Counted from the first letter of the stretch, positions 1 to 14,249 are shown. The stretch is 64,000 bases of DNA from Macrostomum lignano (GCA_002269645.1 NIVC01002416.1:1-64000), one strand, 5' to 3'. Notes: generated by a model not told the origin, from the letters alone. Made by a program: numbers and translations.

Positions 1-1026
1 TTTCAAAAGTCTACGATCACGACAGGACGGCCTCATATCTGAGGCCGAGTTTCAACAGGTTACAGAGAATTTTCCCTTCATGGACTCTTCTCTGTTCTGG
101 ACACCGACTGGTGAGCAGTCAGACAATTTTAAATAGGCTTCTTGTAGAAATTTAATACTTAACTTAACCCTGGCGCTTAAAACAACCATCAAACCAACCA
201 CCTCACGTACCCCTCTCCGCCTTTACCATCAAACCAACCACCTCACGTAACCCTCTCCGCCTTAACCATCAAACCAACCACCTCACGTACCCCTCTCCGC
301 CTTAACCATCAAAAAAACACTTCACGAACCTCTCTAAACGTCCCAATATACTTTAAGGCTCGAAGTCTGCGCACCGCACATGTCTATTAAAAACCAATTT
401 AAAAAATACAAGACGAAACCTTCCTTCAACTCCAGCGATGGAAAAATTTCCAAGGCGGAGATGCAAGCCTACTTCACTCGGATAGACTCGCAAGCGCTCA
501 AGATGAGCTTTAGCCACAACTTCCACGTGAACACGTACTTCCGGCCAACTTTCTGCGACAGATGCTCCGGCCTGTTGTGGGGCATCCGACGACAGGGCTG
601 GAAGTGCCGAGACTGCGGCATCAGCGTGCACAAGCACTGCAAAGACGCTGTTGTCATTGAGTGCCGGGGCCACAGCGCAAAGTACAGCTCCTCGGCAGAT
701 GGTAAGTGCATGCTGCTGAGAGTTTGAGCTAAGCTGCTGGTAGAACCCGAAGACCAGGTCCAGGCGCAGGTCCTAAAACGGCTCATCTCGAGGCTCGAGG
801 TTCAATCTCACTTTATAGATTCAAATTATGGACCGCTAAACAAACCCTGCAGGCTCGAATTCTGGCAGCATCGGCAGGTCGACTTCGAATTCGGCCTCAG
901 CTTCCGGCGGTTCCGCTTCATCAGCCTCGCCGTCTCCATCATCGATGCGGGCCGGCAGAGTGGAAGAAAGCCAAACTGAGCCGGACAGCCTGGTGGCTGA
1001 GGCAGTTAGAGTTGCTCAGGTAACTG

Positions 1027-1108
<82 letters not shown>

Positions 1109-1109
1109 C

Positions 1110-1168
<59 letters not shown>

Positions 1169-1197
1169 CAACTAACTAACTAACTAACTAACTAACC

Positions 1198-1248
<51 letters not shown>

Positions 1249-1313
1249 CAACTAACTAACTAACTAACTAACTAACCAACTAACTAACTAACTAACCAAC
1301 TAACTAACTAACC

Positions 1314-1345
<32 letters not shown>

Positions 1346-1601
1346 GACTAACTAACTAACTGACTAACTAACTAACTAACTGACTGACTAACTAACTAAC
1401 TAACAAAATTTACTTCACCGCAAAACGCAGGAGAACTCCCAGCTGCATCAAGAGGCTATGGAGCTGCGTCAAACTGTCGCCAGCCAGTCTGCACTCATCG
1501 AGGAGCTCCGCGAGTCCATGGCTGAGATGCGCATGGAGACCCTCAGCTTCATTGTGCAGCAGAGCAAGGCGCTCGGCATGCCGTTCGACACGGAGATTTG
1601 A
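1..1601 (+). CDS. RASGRP: Ras guanyl-releasing protein (RasGRP/CalDAG-GEF family), 3' part; exons <1-110, 436-701, 853-1019, 1431-1601
   Basis: EF-hand pair (YDHDxDGLISEAEF...NFPFMDSFSVLDTDCDGKISKAEMQAYF) followed by a C1 domain (HNFHVNTYFRPTFCDRCSGLLWGIRRQGWKCRDCGISVHKHCKDAVVIEC) and a C-terminal coiled coil ending in TGA at 1599-1601. GT/AG sites are phase-consistent. Exon 1-110 needs 1-nt indel corrections. Confidence 0.9.
184..335. repeat. 40-bp tandem repeat, about 3.5 copies, in a RasGRP intron
   Basis: Unit aaccatcaaaccaaccacctcacgtacccctctccgcctt; accatc recurs at 185, 225, 265, 305. Confidence 0.9.
1021..1403. repeat. (CTAA)n microsatellite filling intron 1020-1430
   Basis: Directly visible, with occasional CCAA/CTGA variants. 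Confidence 0.97.
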
Positions 1602-1709
1602 GTCGGGAGCTGATGCGAAAATCACCTGCCTCTGACACAAACAGTCTGACTAATATGCATCAATTTTGATCGATTCACATTAGATCAGCTAGATTAGTTT
1701 GTCATCACT

Positions 1710-1715
1710 AATAAA
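1710..1715 (+). promoter_or_regulatory. Putative polyadenylation signal of the RasGRP gene
   Basis: AATAAA about 110 nt after the stop codon, followed by TG-rich sequence. Confidence 0.55.
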
Positions 1716-1740
1716 ATTTTATTATGTGTCTGCTTGATTA

Positions 1741-2150
1741 GCTATTGTGTTGTGTCCGTTCTTATAGATCAAATAGCTAGTGTTGTGTCCGTTCTTATAA
1801 ATCAAATAGCTTGTGTTGTGTCCGTTCTTATAGATCAACTAGCTTGTGTTGTGTCCGTTCTTATAGATCAAATAGCTTGTGTTGTGTCCGTTCTTATAGA
1901 TCAACTAGCTTGTGTTGTGTCCGTTCTTATAGATCAACTAGCTTGTGTTGTGTCCGTTCTTATAGATCAAATAGCTTGTGTTGTGTCCGTTCTTATAGAT
2001 CAACTAGCTTGTGTTGTGTCCGTTCTTATAGATCAACTAGCTTGTGTTGTGTCCGTTCTTATAGATCAAATAGCTTGTGTTGTGTCCGTTCTTATAGATC
2101 AACTAGCTGTGTTGTGTCCGTTTTATAGATCAAATAGCTAGTGTTGTGTC
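1741..2150. repeat. 33-bp minisatellite, about 12 copies
   Basis: Unit tgtgttgtgtccgttcttatagatcaa(a/c)tagct; explains ORFs 1734..2141 and 1811..2128. Confidence 0.95.
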
Positions 2151-2791
2151 TTTTTCTGTAGAAGAAATGATGTAGCTTGATAAAACAAATCTTGATAAAA
2201 CAGATCAGATAGATCAGATACTCGTAGATCAGACAGAGCAAGATAGATCAGATAGAACAAATGTATAGATCCCAAGATTAGATCTGGTCGTCAATGCAAT
2301 AGTTTTAATAATTTCATCGAAATGTAAACTGCACGCACAAAATTCTTAGCCTCACACACAGTTGCAAACATCAAAGCTTTAGCAAACTTGTTCAACATCT
2401 AATTTTATTCAGAGTTACTAAACTGACTAATTAGCACAATATAAAAATGGTTGTCACGCGGATTATCGTTGCTATCGTTGAAGTCAGAAGCCTGACATTG
2501 TTGCGGGATGGTGAGATAGAAAAGATTAAAAATAAGAGTTATATAACTAATGTTTGTGAAGCAGCTATCGACGAAGTACAATAGATTTTTGACCTAAGAG
2601 AAAGAATAATTTTGCTCAAACGCTGACTATAAAGTTCCTATTGTTATTTTGTTCCTTTTCGAAACGATGTTCAGAGGAAAGACGCGTCCTGACAGCTGTT
2701 TATGACAAAAAGAAAGCAGTTTGAACTGGAAGCAAATTATTACACGAGGTACAAGCAATGAAGAGTTTGGATTATTCTTTTTTTCTCTGCT

Positions 2792-2908
2792 ATGAGTAGG
2801 TCGTACGAGCTATTGTTGCTGCTATTGCTGCTGCTGCTGCGCCCCGCCGCCTGGATCGATCGGGCGAAAGCCGCGCAGCTCGCCATGGATTCTGTCCCGC
2901 TCCATCAG
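2792..2908 (+). CDS. Possible first exon encoding a signal peptide; downstream exons not identified
   Basis: ATG gives MSRSYELLLLLLLLLLRPAAWIDRAKAAQLAMDSVPLHQ, then CAG|GTACTC donor. Confidence 0.3.
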
Positions 2909-4273
2909 GTACTCGGATTCTGAGCAGCTTCCCAGCGCTGAATTTCGCCCACTCTTTGCCTGAGGAAATATGGCGTGCTCGATCACTGCGGCGGGAATGT
3001 GGGAGTTGTTTTTACCGGTGTTATGACATTTAGTATACCATCAGCTATTATAGGGAACAGAGGGACAATAACACAAACACACATATATATAATTGCGTAA
3101 CGAGTTAGCCGATAGCCTGGCAAAGACCTCGACATGGTCTTTTGCTGGTCCCCTGCCTGAGGCCTCCAGCCCCACCGCCGTTTTTGCCTGCTGATTCAAT
3201 GTCTGCTCATTATCCGTTGCAAGTTCAGCCATTTTTCACCTGCCTCTGTGCTACCCAAGACCAACACACGGACGGCTGCAGCGGAGCTTTGCAGGGCATT
3301 CTGTTTTCCTAATGACCCGACACTCTACTTAGGGATCAAGGGCGCGAATTCAATAACTCAGTGATGAAAAGTAAGTAGATGAAACAAATGATCAACAGGA
3401 ACTAGATTATGCTTTTCAATGCCGACGCATTTCGTCCACAATGGACATCCTCTGTGCTCACGAACGATACCAAGCTTAAATTAATATAAGAACAATTTCT
3501 TACGAGCCGTACTTCGTTTAATAAAGTTAGTGAGCTCGACGATGTCCATTGTGAATGAAATGCATCGGCATTGAAAAGCCGAATATAATTAATGTTGACT
3601 ATTTCTTTTATCGACTTACTTTTCATCAATCGAGCTACATTACCTGAATTCTTTATTGATAAACTGTCTGCCGAGAAGATTGGCTAGCGGTACGCGCACA
3701 AATGGTCAATATGAACAACTGAACCAAAGCTTCGTGGCGGCTCTGCAAAAGATGACAATCAGGCCACCTGGGACGACTACTACGCACCTGGACTTCCACA
3801 TGACAACTTGGGAACGCCAGCCATAGCTATACAGTCGAGAGGATGCGACGCAGAATCGGAAGCATCACAGACGACGTGTATCGACTGTCACCGCCCTGAA
3901 CTTTTCTGTTGGAGACAATGTACTATTTCCCAATTTCATTCAATTTCATTGACACTTGGTTCTATATTTTTAGGCCTAAACATCGGTCATGGAACCTTTA
4001 TTGTAACATTTACTTGCCCGAGACTCTCGACGCTTTACTCATGTACACATTTAACTATGAATAGTTGTCACGTGACGTCTAGATTCTTTGCTGTACTTTT
4101 ATATGTACATTTCAAGCGTTTCCGTCACCTGTCACGGCTCTTCTGGTAACTTGACTTTGCGATTCCAACAAATGGCTTTTAAGAATTTCAGGACTTTTAA
4201 AATTTGTGTCTGTGTCTCGTACATTGATTTATTTCTTTCTTTCCGGGCTAATTACCATTCGAACTCAACTCAC

Positions 4274-6137
4274 AGTTCAGCTGGTATTGTACGGCGCGCA
4301 GGTTGTGAATGCAGCAATGAAGAGTCTCCGGAAGATGGTTGCTGCCACCGCTGGTGCCTCCGCCTCCGTCTAGGCTTCGCTGGCGCAGCAGCAGCTCCTC
4401 GGCTGGGCTGGGCGTCCGGCTCAGATGCCGACTGCGTCTCAGTTTCCCCAGCAGGTCGTCTGAGCAGCGACGTAGCTTCTGCGCGACCTGCAGCAGGCTG
4501 GCAGCCAGCAGGTCACTGTCGTAGTTCGGAGTCGTCGCGGCTGATGCATTCGACAGGATGGCGACGGAGCGGCTCCGATTGCGTGGGAACGACGAAGATG
4601 CGGCGAAGCTGGAAGTTGGCAGCTTGGCGTCGAACGGCGAGAACGCTGACGCGTGGCGACCACCGGTGCCGCTTGTGCCGCCTCCGCTGCCACTGGCCAT
4701 TGTAGCTGCTGACGCGGCTTGCTGACGCGGATGATGCCGAATATGCGGCAGTGTGGAGAACTGCGACAGCTGCTGCGGAGACTCCTGAATTCGAGGTTAA
4801 TTTTTGGCTTTGAAGCATACAGAAACCGAAGCAGCTGGTACTCCCAACAGTCCTAATGGTCTATCTATCATAGGCACTTACCGATTTCTTAGACAGGAAA
4901 CTGGAAAACCCTACTCCATCGAAAGACGTCTCCCGGATTCGACTCAGCTCCGATACCGAGCTGTACCTCCAGGCGCTTTGGTACTGATGCTGGGGCTGGT
5001 AGTGGCTCTGGTAGGGGTACTGCTGCTGGTTTAGCTGCTGCTGCAGCTGAATCAGACTGTGACGGGAAACCGAATTGCGCATGTCCTCGATTGATCCGGC
5101 GCTACTAGCTGAGAACTGGCGTCTCATCATCAGCAACAATTGATGGTTTTGCTGCTGCTGCTGCTGTTGTTGTTTTTGCTGTTGATGATGTTGCTGTTGA
5201 TGATGTTGCTGTTGCTGCAGTTGTTGCTTTTGTTGTTGTTGTTGTTGCTTCTGTTGCTGCTGTTGTTGCTGCTGCTGCTGCTGTTTTTGCTGGCGATGCC
5301 GACCTCCAAACAGTCGCAAACGAATCCCTCTGTGCTTTGTGTTTTTCCGCTGCTGATTCTGTTGTTCTTGTTGCTGCTGCTGTTGCTGCGGCTGCTGCGG
5401 CAGATGGTACTGATGAAACGAATTCTGCATCGGCGGTACAAAGGAGCCGCTCAGAGCGGGCAGGGAGCCTCGCTTTCTGTCCATCTGCCGCGGCGAGGTC
5501 GCAGAAAATGCGACGCCAGCTGCCCCGATGGTCTCAGCTGAGTCTGATGACAGGTTCCCATCCTCGTCCTCATCGACGTACACGCTGTCCGCAAAGTCGT
5601 CACACGCGTCACCCTGAGCAAAGTAGCCGCAGCCGCCAGCTTCGTCGGCGGCCTCCTCGTCTGCGTAGGGGATGTTGTCGACGGACCCTCTAGCCAGACG
5701 GGCCTCCATGTCGTGCAGGAGGGTGGCCGTGTCCCGCAGAAGCCGGTCCGTGTGACCTGCAGGATCCTCTGGGTCTTCCTCTGGCGGAGGCGGCTGAGGC
5801 TGAGGCTGTGGCAGCGGCGGAGGCGGCGGCGGTGGCGGGTGCGGATCAGAGAAAGTCGGCTTAAGACGAAATGAAACGCTGGACCCGGGCTTCCCGAATC
5901 TGATGGCCTCTAGTTGCTGTCTAGAAGGCGGCAGTTGGTCCAATTGCTGCTGCTGTTGTAGCTGTTGCTGCTGGCGGCGTCGAAATATTGGCGTGGGATC
6001 GCGCTGCGCAGCGGAGCTTTCGCCGTTGTCGCCGTCATCACCAGCTGAAGTCTCATTCAGTCGCGAGTCGGAAGCTGCTATCAGGCGTCGACGTGGCAGC
6101 TGCAACCTTTGAGGAGCTGTCGAGCAATGATTAACCA

Positions 6138-6183
<46 letters not shown>

Positions 6184-6728
6184 ATGCTGCTGTTGCTGAT
6201 AAAACGGCTGACTAGCCGGTGGCGTCAACCAAGGTGAAGAGTCCGCAGCGGCGGTGGCTGATGCAGATGCAGCCGCCGCCAGAGGCGCCTCTGACTTGGT
6301 CCGTCGTCTTGGCGATGAGTCTGTAAGAAAGACCACAAACGCTTGGTAGTATGCAATCGGTAACCCCGCATTGCTTAGAGAAACTACTGTAAGATAGTTA
6401 GGTCTGAAAAAACAGGAGCAGTGTCACTCGGCAAGCCTCCGCGCCTGGGGACGAACCCAGGCCAGGTCGATGACCGAATCCTGCGCTTATCCTCATGCTG
6501 ACTCTTAGACCAGCGAACAACTCAGATAGCTTTGCTATCAAGTAAAATTGATTCAAAATATCGAGTCTCACCGGTGCTAGATTTTGAGCTGCGCTGTTGC
6601 TGATAGACCTGAACGCCCACCAGGGGGACCGGTTGCTGGGCGGCCAACTCGCGGTCTATTTCAAGCATTGAAGCGGTAGAGAGTCGCTCTGGCGAACCGC
6701 TTCTGGAGCTTGTCCTCATCTCCAGCTC
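4274..6728 (-). CDS. Large Gln/Ser/Pro-rich disordered protein with a BH3-like motif; exons 6728-6572, 6320-4882, 4784-4274; 5' and 3' ends unresolved
   Basis: Acceptors and donors are phase-consistent: ACCG|GTGAGA...TTACAG|ACTC (phase 1), TCG|GTAAGT...TTCAG|GAG (phase 0), AACT|GTGAGT. The 1.4-kb open exon has polyQ and polyP tracts with mixed CAG/CAA codons. Confidence 0.75.
6430..6520 (-). mobile_element. Possible tRNA-derived SINE head in an intron
   Basis: Minus strand shows A-box-like TGGTCTAAGAG and B-box-like GGGTTCGTCCC; no convincing cloverleaf. Confidence 0.3.
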
Positions 6729-9700
6729 CTGTTCGATCAATCACAGTCAAAGGGGGGAGGCAATTGTCAGTTGGGCTTTGAATGAGGACATTTGTAGCTT
6801 CGATTCATGCACGGAATGGTGGCTCGAGGCTTCTTGGTACAACCAATAAAGCACAGAGTGTAACAACACCCCAGTGTGAGTGTTTGCTTTCACACATGTA
6901 CCAATACATGGGTATGCTCAACTGCCTCCTCTCTGATTGTACTTCGACTGTCTCCAGAAGATTTTATGGAGTCGTTTTCCTTCCTTACGTTCAGTTACGT
7001 ACGTGTATAAGCTTTTTAGAAATGGAGTTTCTTGATTGCAATTACGGGTGAAAGTCAAATCATTTAAACCGACAATTGTTCAAAGAATCTCATTGAACCG
7101 CTGGTCTCTTATAGCGACTACGGCAGTCCGGAAGAGACTTCACTCTTTTCTACTTGAATCTTTTCACCTTCAACACCAGCTTCTTACTTTAGGGCCGGAA
7201 CGGTTGCTGGGCTCTAAAAAAGCCAAAAGCCGGTGAAAACTCACGCGGCAGCTACGGTCACTCGGCGCTCTTTAGTCCCTTTCTCTTCGACTCAACATCA
7301 AAGCAAAGACGAGGAAGGTCGGGTGAGTAGAGAGAGGAGTTGACTATCCTTATATAGGTACTAATCGCGTGCTTCCGCGCGTTGAAAGATCAATGGACTT
7401 TCCCTCTCTCTATTAATAGAACGATTTCAACGCCAACTCTGAAATTTGGTAAGCGAAACTTTTGATAAGTCAACCGTGCTGCTCCTTAAAGTCACATCGG
7501 AGGCAATTAGCTTCAAAGAGGCTGACCAGCTCAATGGCGCCGAAGAATTCATGGGTTCGATTCCATTCACATCCGTAAAGTCCAACCGCGAAGGCACAAA
7601 ATGTGCGAACATGCCTTACAGTGAGCCTGTGTGAGTGCGTGGCAAGTTCTAGGATGAAGAATCCCCTAAAAATTGTAGCAAATGAACCCCCTATGAACGG
7701 AATCCGCATCGGCGACGTCCCCCGACGTCCAGACGTCTATCGACGTCGATGACAAATATGTTAGGATGTACTTTTACATTGCATCGAAGGATAATGACGT
7801 CATCATCGACCTCGGCTGATTACTGTACGGGATAAGTCCAGATACCTGGTAATTCCCAGGAAGTGGGAGACGTCTACAAGAGACATCTAGCAAGAAATAA
7901 AAACGCCTAACATCAATTTCCAATGCGAAAGAAATTTCTGCAAGATTTAACTGAGCTTTCAAACTTTCAATTGATGCAAAACTTACTCTCTTTAGCTTGA
8001 TGAACGGCCTAGACAGAAAGTTGATCATGCTGTTGGACTCGTGGGTGGCTATTATCTGGACTCGGAAGTCAAAACCATCGTGCTGCGCGGCTTTTTATGT
8101 GCGGCCTGGCTCCAGCTGAACTCTCGGAGCAATTTTGTTAAGGCCAAACTAGCCAAGCAAGCTCCAACGTCTCGCTCACATATTGTCGCGGATGAATGGA
8201 AATTGGGGATGTGAAAGTGAGACAGATAGAAATGTAAATTGGACAAAAGTCTGCAGTGTTGCAGCAGCCACAACTGATGCTGCGCTGCCACTCCGGCTGC
8301 TTCTAGAGGGGCTTAGGAAGGCTTTTAGAAGGGAATGGAAGAGGGGAGAGAGGGGGCGAGAGAGGGAGAGAAACCGGGGACGCGTGCAGGGCAGGGAGAT
8401 CGCCCGGCTCACTCGTTTCCCAAAATCCTCATCGGCCCCCCAGCCACCCCAATTTCAGCCCTCAGCCTCAACACACACTCACTCACACACACTCACAGAC
8501 CTACAAGCGCATGCTGCGGGACCGCATAGCGGCTATAGGGCTGGATAGGAGAGGGGAAACGAGAGACACAGAGACCATGGAGCAGGCATGGGGCATAGAG
8601 AATGCTTAAGCCCCTATCCCCATGTCGAAGACAGGTCGGTAACGCGAGGACGACGAAACAGGCTTCACCATGAGTCCAAGAGGGATCCGCGAGAGAGGAA
8701 GAGAGAGAGAGAGCATTAGGGGAACTACGGGATGAGATAGCAGGTCGTAAACAGATGGAGAGGTGACCTCAGAGCCCGTGATCCTGCGGCCGCCATTTCA
8801 TAGGTCAATTATTGGGCGTGAATATCGCGCCCATCTCGAGGTCCACCAAAAAATACGATCCTATCTGATGCAGAATGGGGAGTTGTTGGGCAAGGATATC
8901 TAGGACTTCGGAATACTAACTCAAACACACAAATTTCCTTGTCGATTCAGAAACTTTATCAAATTCTATCAAAACTATCTCGAAAGTTTCTTCCAGGACT
9001 GCACAGGAAGTTTAGAAAAAAAACCGTGACACAAAGAATCTCTCTGCAAGTTGGCATTCCGGGTTCTCAGTTGCAGAACCCCTCATATCTAGGTTGGGGC
9101 TTGCAGGCAGGCAGGGGGAGACCCATCAGTTCAAGCTTGCATTATGAGGATGGGGAGGCGAGGGATAAAAAACCTAGAGAAATTGCATGCGAGAAATTTG
9201 AGAGAGGGAAGTGCACGGTCGGGGTGAGAGAGGCGCCGGCTCATTAATAATTTGGACGCGCTGGGTGCCGGACGGGCAGAGTGCCCGGGTCCGGGGGTCG
9301 GTCAGTAGAAGTGAAATTGGCTGGCTTGGCAGATGCAGGGCGAGAAAAGAAAAGGGAGAGTTCAGACTGGGTGGGGGGCAAAGTTAGAATCTCCCTCAGC
9401 GGCCACTCTCCCCTTTTCTTTCTCTCTCCATAATGACGGTCCTTCATTCGTAGAAATGCATGCCGCGGACAATTTTCCAGCGAAACCCGCGGAGCCGGAA
9501 CCACAATTCAAAACCAAACAGCGCCATTAACTATGCAGATCCCGGATGGAAAATAAAAGTTGCTAAAGTTGGCGTAGTTCCGTCTCTGCAGAGCCCTGCT
9601 GCAGTGCAGTGCTGCTCAACCATTTGTCATGCCTGTCGGGATCAGCGCGGGAATGGTTGCGGACCCCGCGGGGCTATCTCTTCCGGACAAGCCTGCATGC

Positions 9701-10369
9701 AGATTCTGGCCGAACCGAGTGCACGCAGTTTTTTGGGGCACAATCGACCCGATTCTCCAATACCAAGTCTCTCTTCCTCTCTTTCTCTCCCTATCCCACC
9801 CACTCGCTCATTCTCGGGAGTAGAATGCAACAGGAGCATCCAAGAGTTGCATTACAAGTGGCACCGATGCGGGTGGGCCGGTCGTACAGCCACTCTCTCC
9901 TAGACTAGAGAAACAAAAAATGGAAGGAATATTATTGACTGACTGCTACTTTGCCTCATCTTCACTCCAGCTTCCATCAGCTGAGAAATCCCCAACCCCC
10001 AGACAGACATCCTTCAGAAATTCTACGAAACGAAAATTGGCTCGGAGAGGATTAGGGATTAAGGATTTAGCTTACATGTTAGCTTACATGTAGCTTACAT
10101 GTATGTGGAACTGGAGAAGTCGATGGTGCAAACAGTCCATTCGCTGCATAAACCGAATTGGAAAATGTACTTTGCATGCAAATGACGCAGTACGATTGTG
10201 TTTCTAGAAAGAATTTTAACAGATAACACGGAAAATTGACTAGTCTGGATTTTCAACTATGTATTTAGTGTTCATTTTGCGTACATCACGAGCGTAAATG
10301 AATTTTTGTTATCATTAATTTTCACTGTTAGTCCGCATAGTTAATCGGCCACTCTCCCCCACAATGTCA

Positions 10370-12251
<1,882 letters not shown>

Positions 12252-12689
12252 GCTTTGTTCTTTTGAGTGGTGCTCACAGTTGGAGAATAAGAGGAGGCAA
12301 AGAAGGAAAGAACTGAGGGCAAATGCAAATCTGAGAGTTTAAAAAACCGAATTTGCGAAGAGGAAGTTTGCTTCCCTATGCATGGAATCTCAATTCAAAC
12401 TCGAGCTCCGGTTCTCTGCGCTGTCCGCCCACGCATTTCATTTTTTCTAGCTGCGTTTAGTTTGAGCGGAACTCTGAATTTATTCATGACAGTTTTATAT
12501 TTATTCAATTTGCGCAAATATTCTTGTCTTCGAGCTGTGCGAAAATGGAGTTCTGGACCTGCAGTATCTGGAGAGGAAGCGCATGGAGTTCTATACTTAT
12601 TATCTGTCTTATAAATGTTGAGTTCTTGGTTATATTCCTAATCAGAACACTTCTAGACGACGTCTGGCGCTGGGGCTGGAGCTGGCGCC

Positions 12690-12911
12690 TCTGGTGCTAA
12701 AGCCCCTGGTGCTAAAGCCCCTGGTGCTAAAGCCCCTGGTGCTAAAGCCCCTGGTGCTAAAGCCCCTGGTGCTAAAGCCCCTAGTGCTAAAGCCCCTAGT
12801 GCTAAAGCCCCTGGTGCTAAAGCCCCTGGTGCTAAAGCCCCTGGTGCTAAAGCCCCTGGTGCTAAAGCCCCTGGTGCTAAAGCCCCTGGTGCTAAAGCCC
12901 CTGGTGCTAAA
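12690..12911. repeat. 15-bp tandem repeat (ctggtgctaaagccc), about 15 copies
   Basis: Directly visible; two copies have the variant ctagtg. Confidence 0.95.
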
Positions 12912-14249
12912 AAGAAACATTCGAAATTAATAGAAATATTTCAAAGCAAAACGTAATAAACTATAGTATGAATGTTGCAAGAAGCCAGCTAAGAGCTGAC
13001 TTCATATAGTTTAGCCGTGTCCTACTTAGATGCGGTGTGACGAATATCTGGTCCGAGAGTTCGAGTGCTGACGGGCTGCTATTCAAGTAGTGATTGAAAA
13101 CACAGTTATTGGAGACCGATAACTGACGGAGCCGAATATTCGATTACGTATTATGTATATTTGTAGGTTACAGACACGAACGGTACATGTAGTGGTAAAT
13201 ATATAGCTGATGCTAAAGAGATAATTGGTAACGAACAGCTGCAGTGTCGATGGAATGGCTTCGAAGATGACCTTAGTTGGAAACACTACTTAATTGAGAG
13301 CGATTTTGAACTACTGTTTATCAATGTTTACAGAAATTAAATTGCTGGCGATAGGAACAGCAGCCGACTGACTCCACGACCAGTCTTCTCCGAAGCCACA
13401 GAATTCAAAATGTTAAATATAACTATTTGAATTGAGTAAAAGAAAGCATTGTTTACTATTTTGTTAATAAACATAAAAATGAAACCAATTGATATGAATA
13501 AAATACATATTAAATATTTTTAGTACATTTGATATTAATCGACTACTTGGGAGAATAAAAGAACCGTCAATTTCACAACGGATTCTGGTTTACTGAGTGC
13601 GCTCAGCTGCCGTCTCCCGTGCTAGTTTTGAGCACATACGTTCGTATAATCTAGATATGTTTGCCCCAGTTTTAGAGGGTTCCCAACACTTCAGCCGCAG
13701 CATTCGCGACGCACATCCGAGATGAGGCTAATATATTTTTATTAGCTTTGCAGCTATATACCGGCAGAAGCAGACTGGGTTGCGCTTGAGAACCACTCTG
13801 GCAAACACAGGATGAATGATTGACTCAATCCGCCTGTGTTGATCTCTTCTTTCACCCTGGAGTCACATCCTCCTTTTATGAGCAATGAAACTGTGTTCAC
13901 GAATCTGCATTTATATGTTCCCTAATTGCCGACAGATTTTGCACAAGGTTATTTTTGGGTCACAGAAACAGTTGGGCATTTGCATTTCGAGAATCTATGC
14001 GTTAATGCCTTGGTTAATTATTGATGAAGCTAACAGCTCCAGCTATGATATAGGCAAAAATATCAAAACATATACATGTACGAGCTATGCAGCGTATGGA
14101 ATTGCATATAGCAGTGCTGCGCTCGGCGCCACATCGGCGCCACAAAAGTGTGCTTTTGGGTAACCAAGCTCGTCGAATGAAAGCTGAGCTCAAATTTTAA
14201 TTGCTACCTCTTGGACGTCGTGGGATTCACCGACCTGGGAGACACGGGC

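Noticed and set aside
7527-7564. AGCTCAATGG plus GGTTCGATTCC resembling tRNA A and B boxes
   Set aside because: The spacing (about 17 nt) is too short for a cloverleaf and there is no acceptor stem.
8180-10330. Several 65-150-aa ORFs between the Gln-rich gene and ChaC-A
   Set aside because: There are no domain motifs or coherent splice pattern; the region is probably upstream/UTR sequence or degraded repeats.
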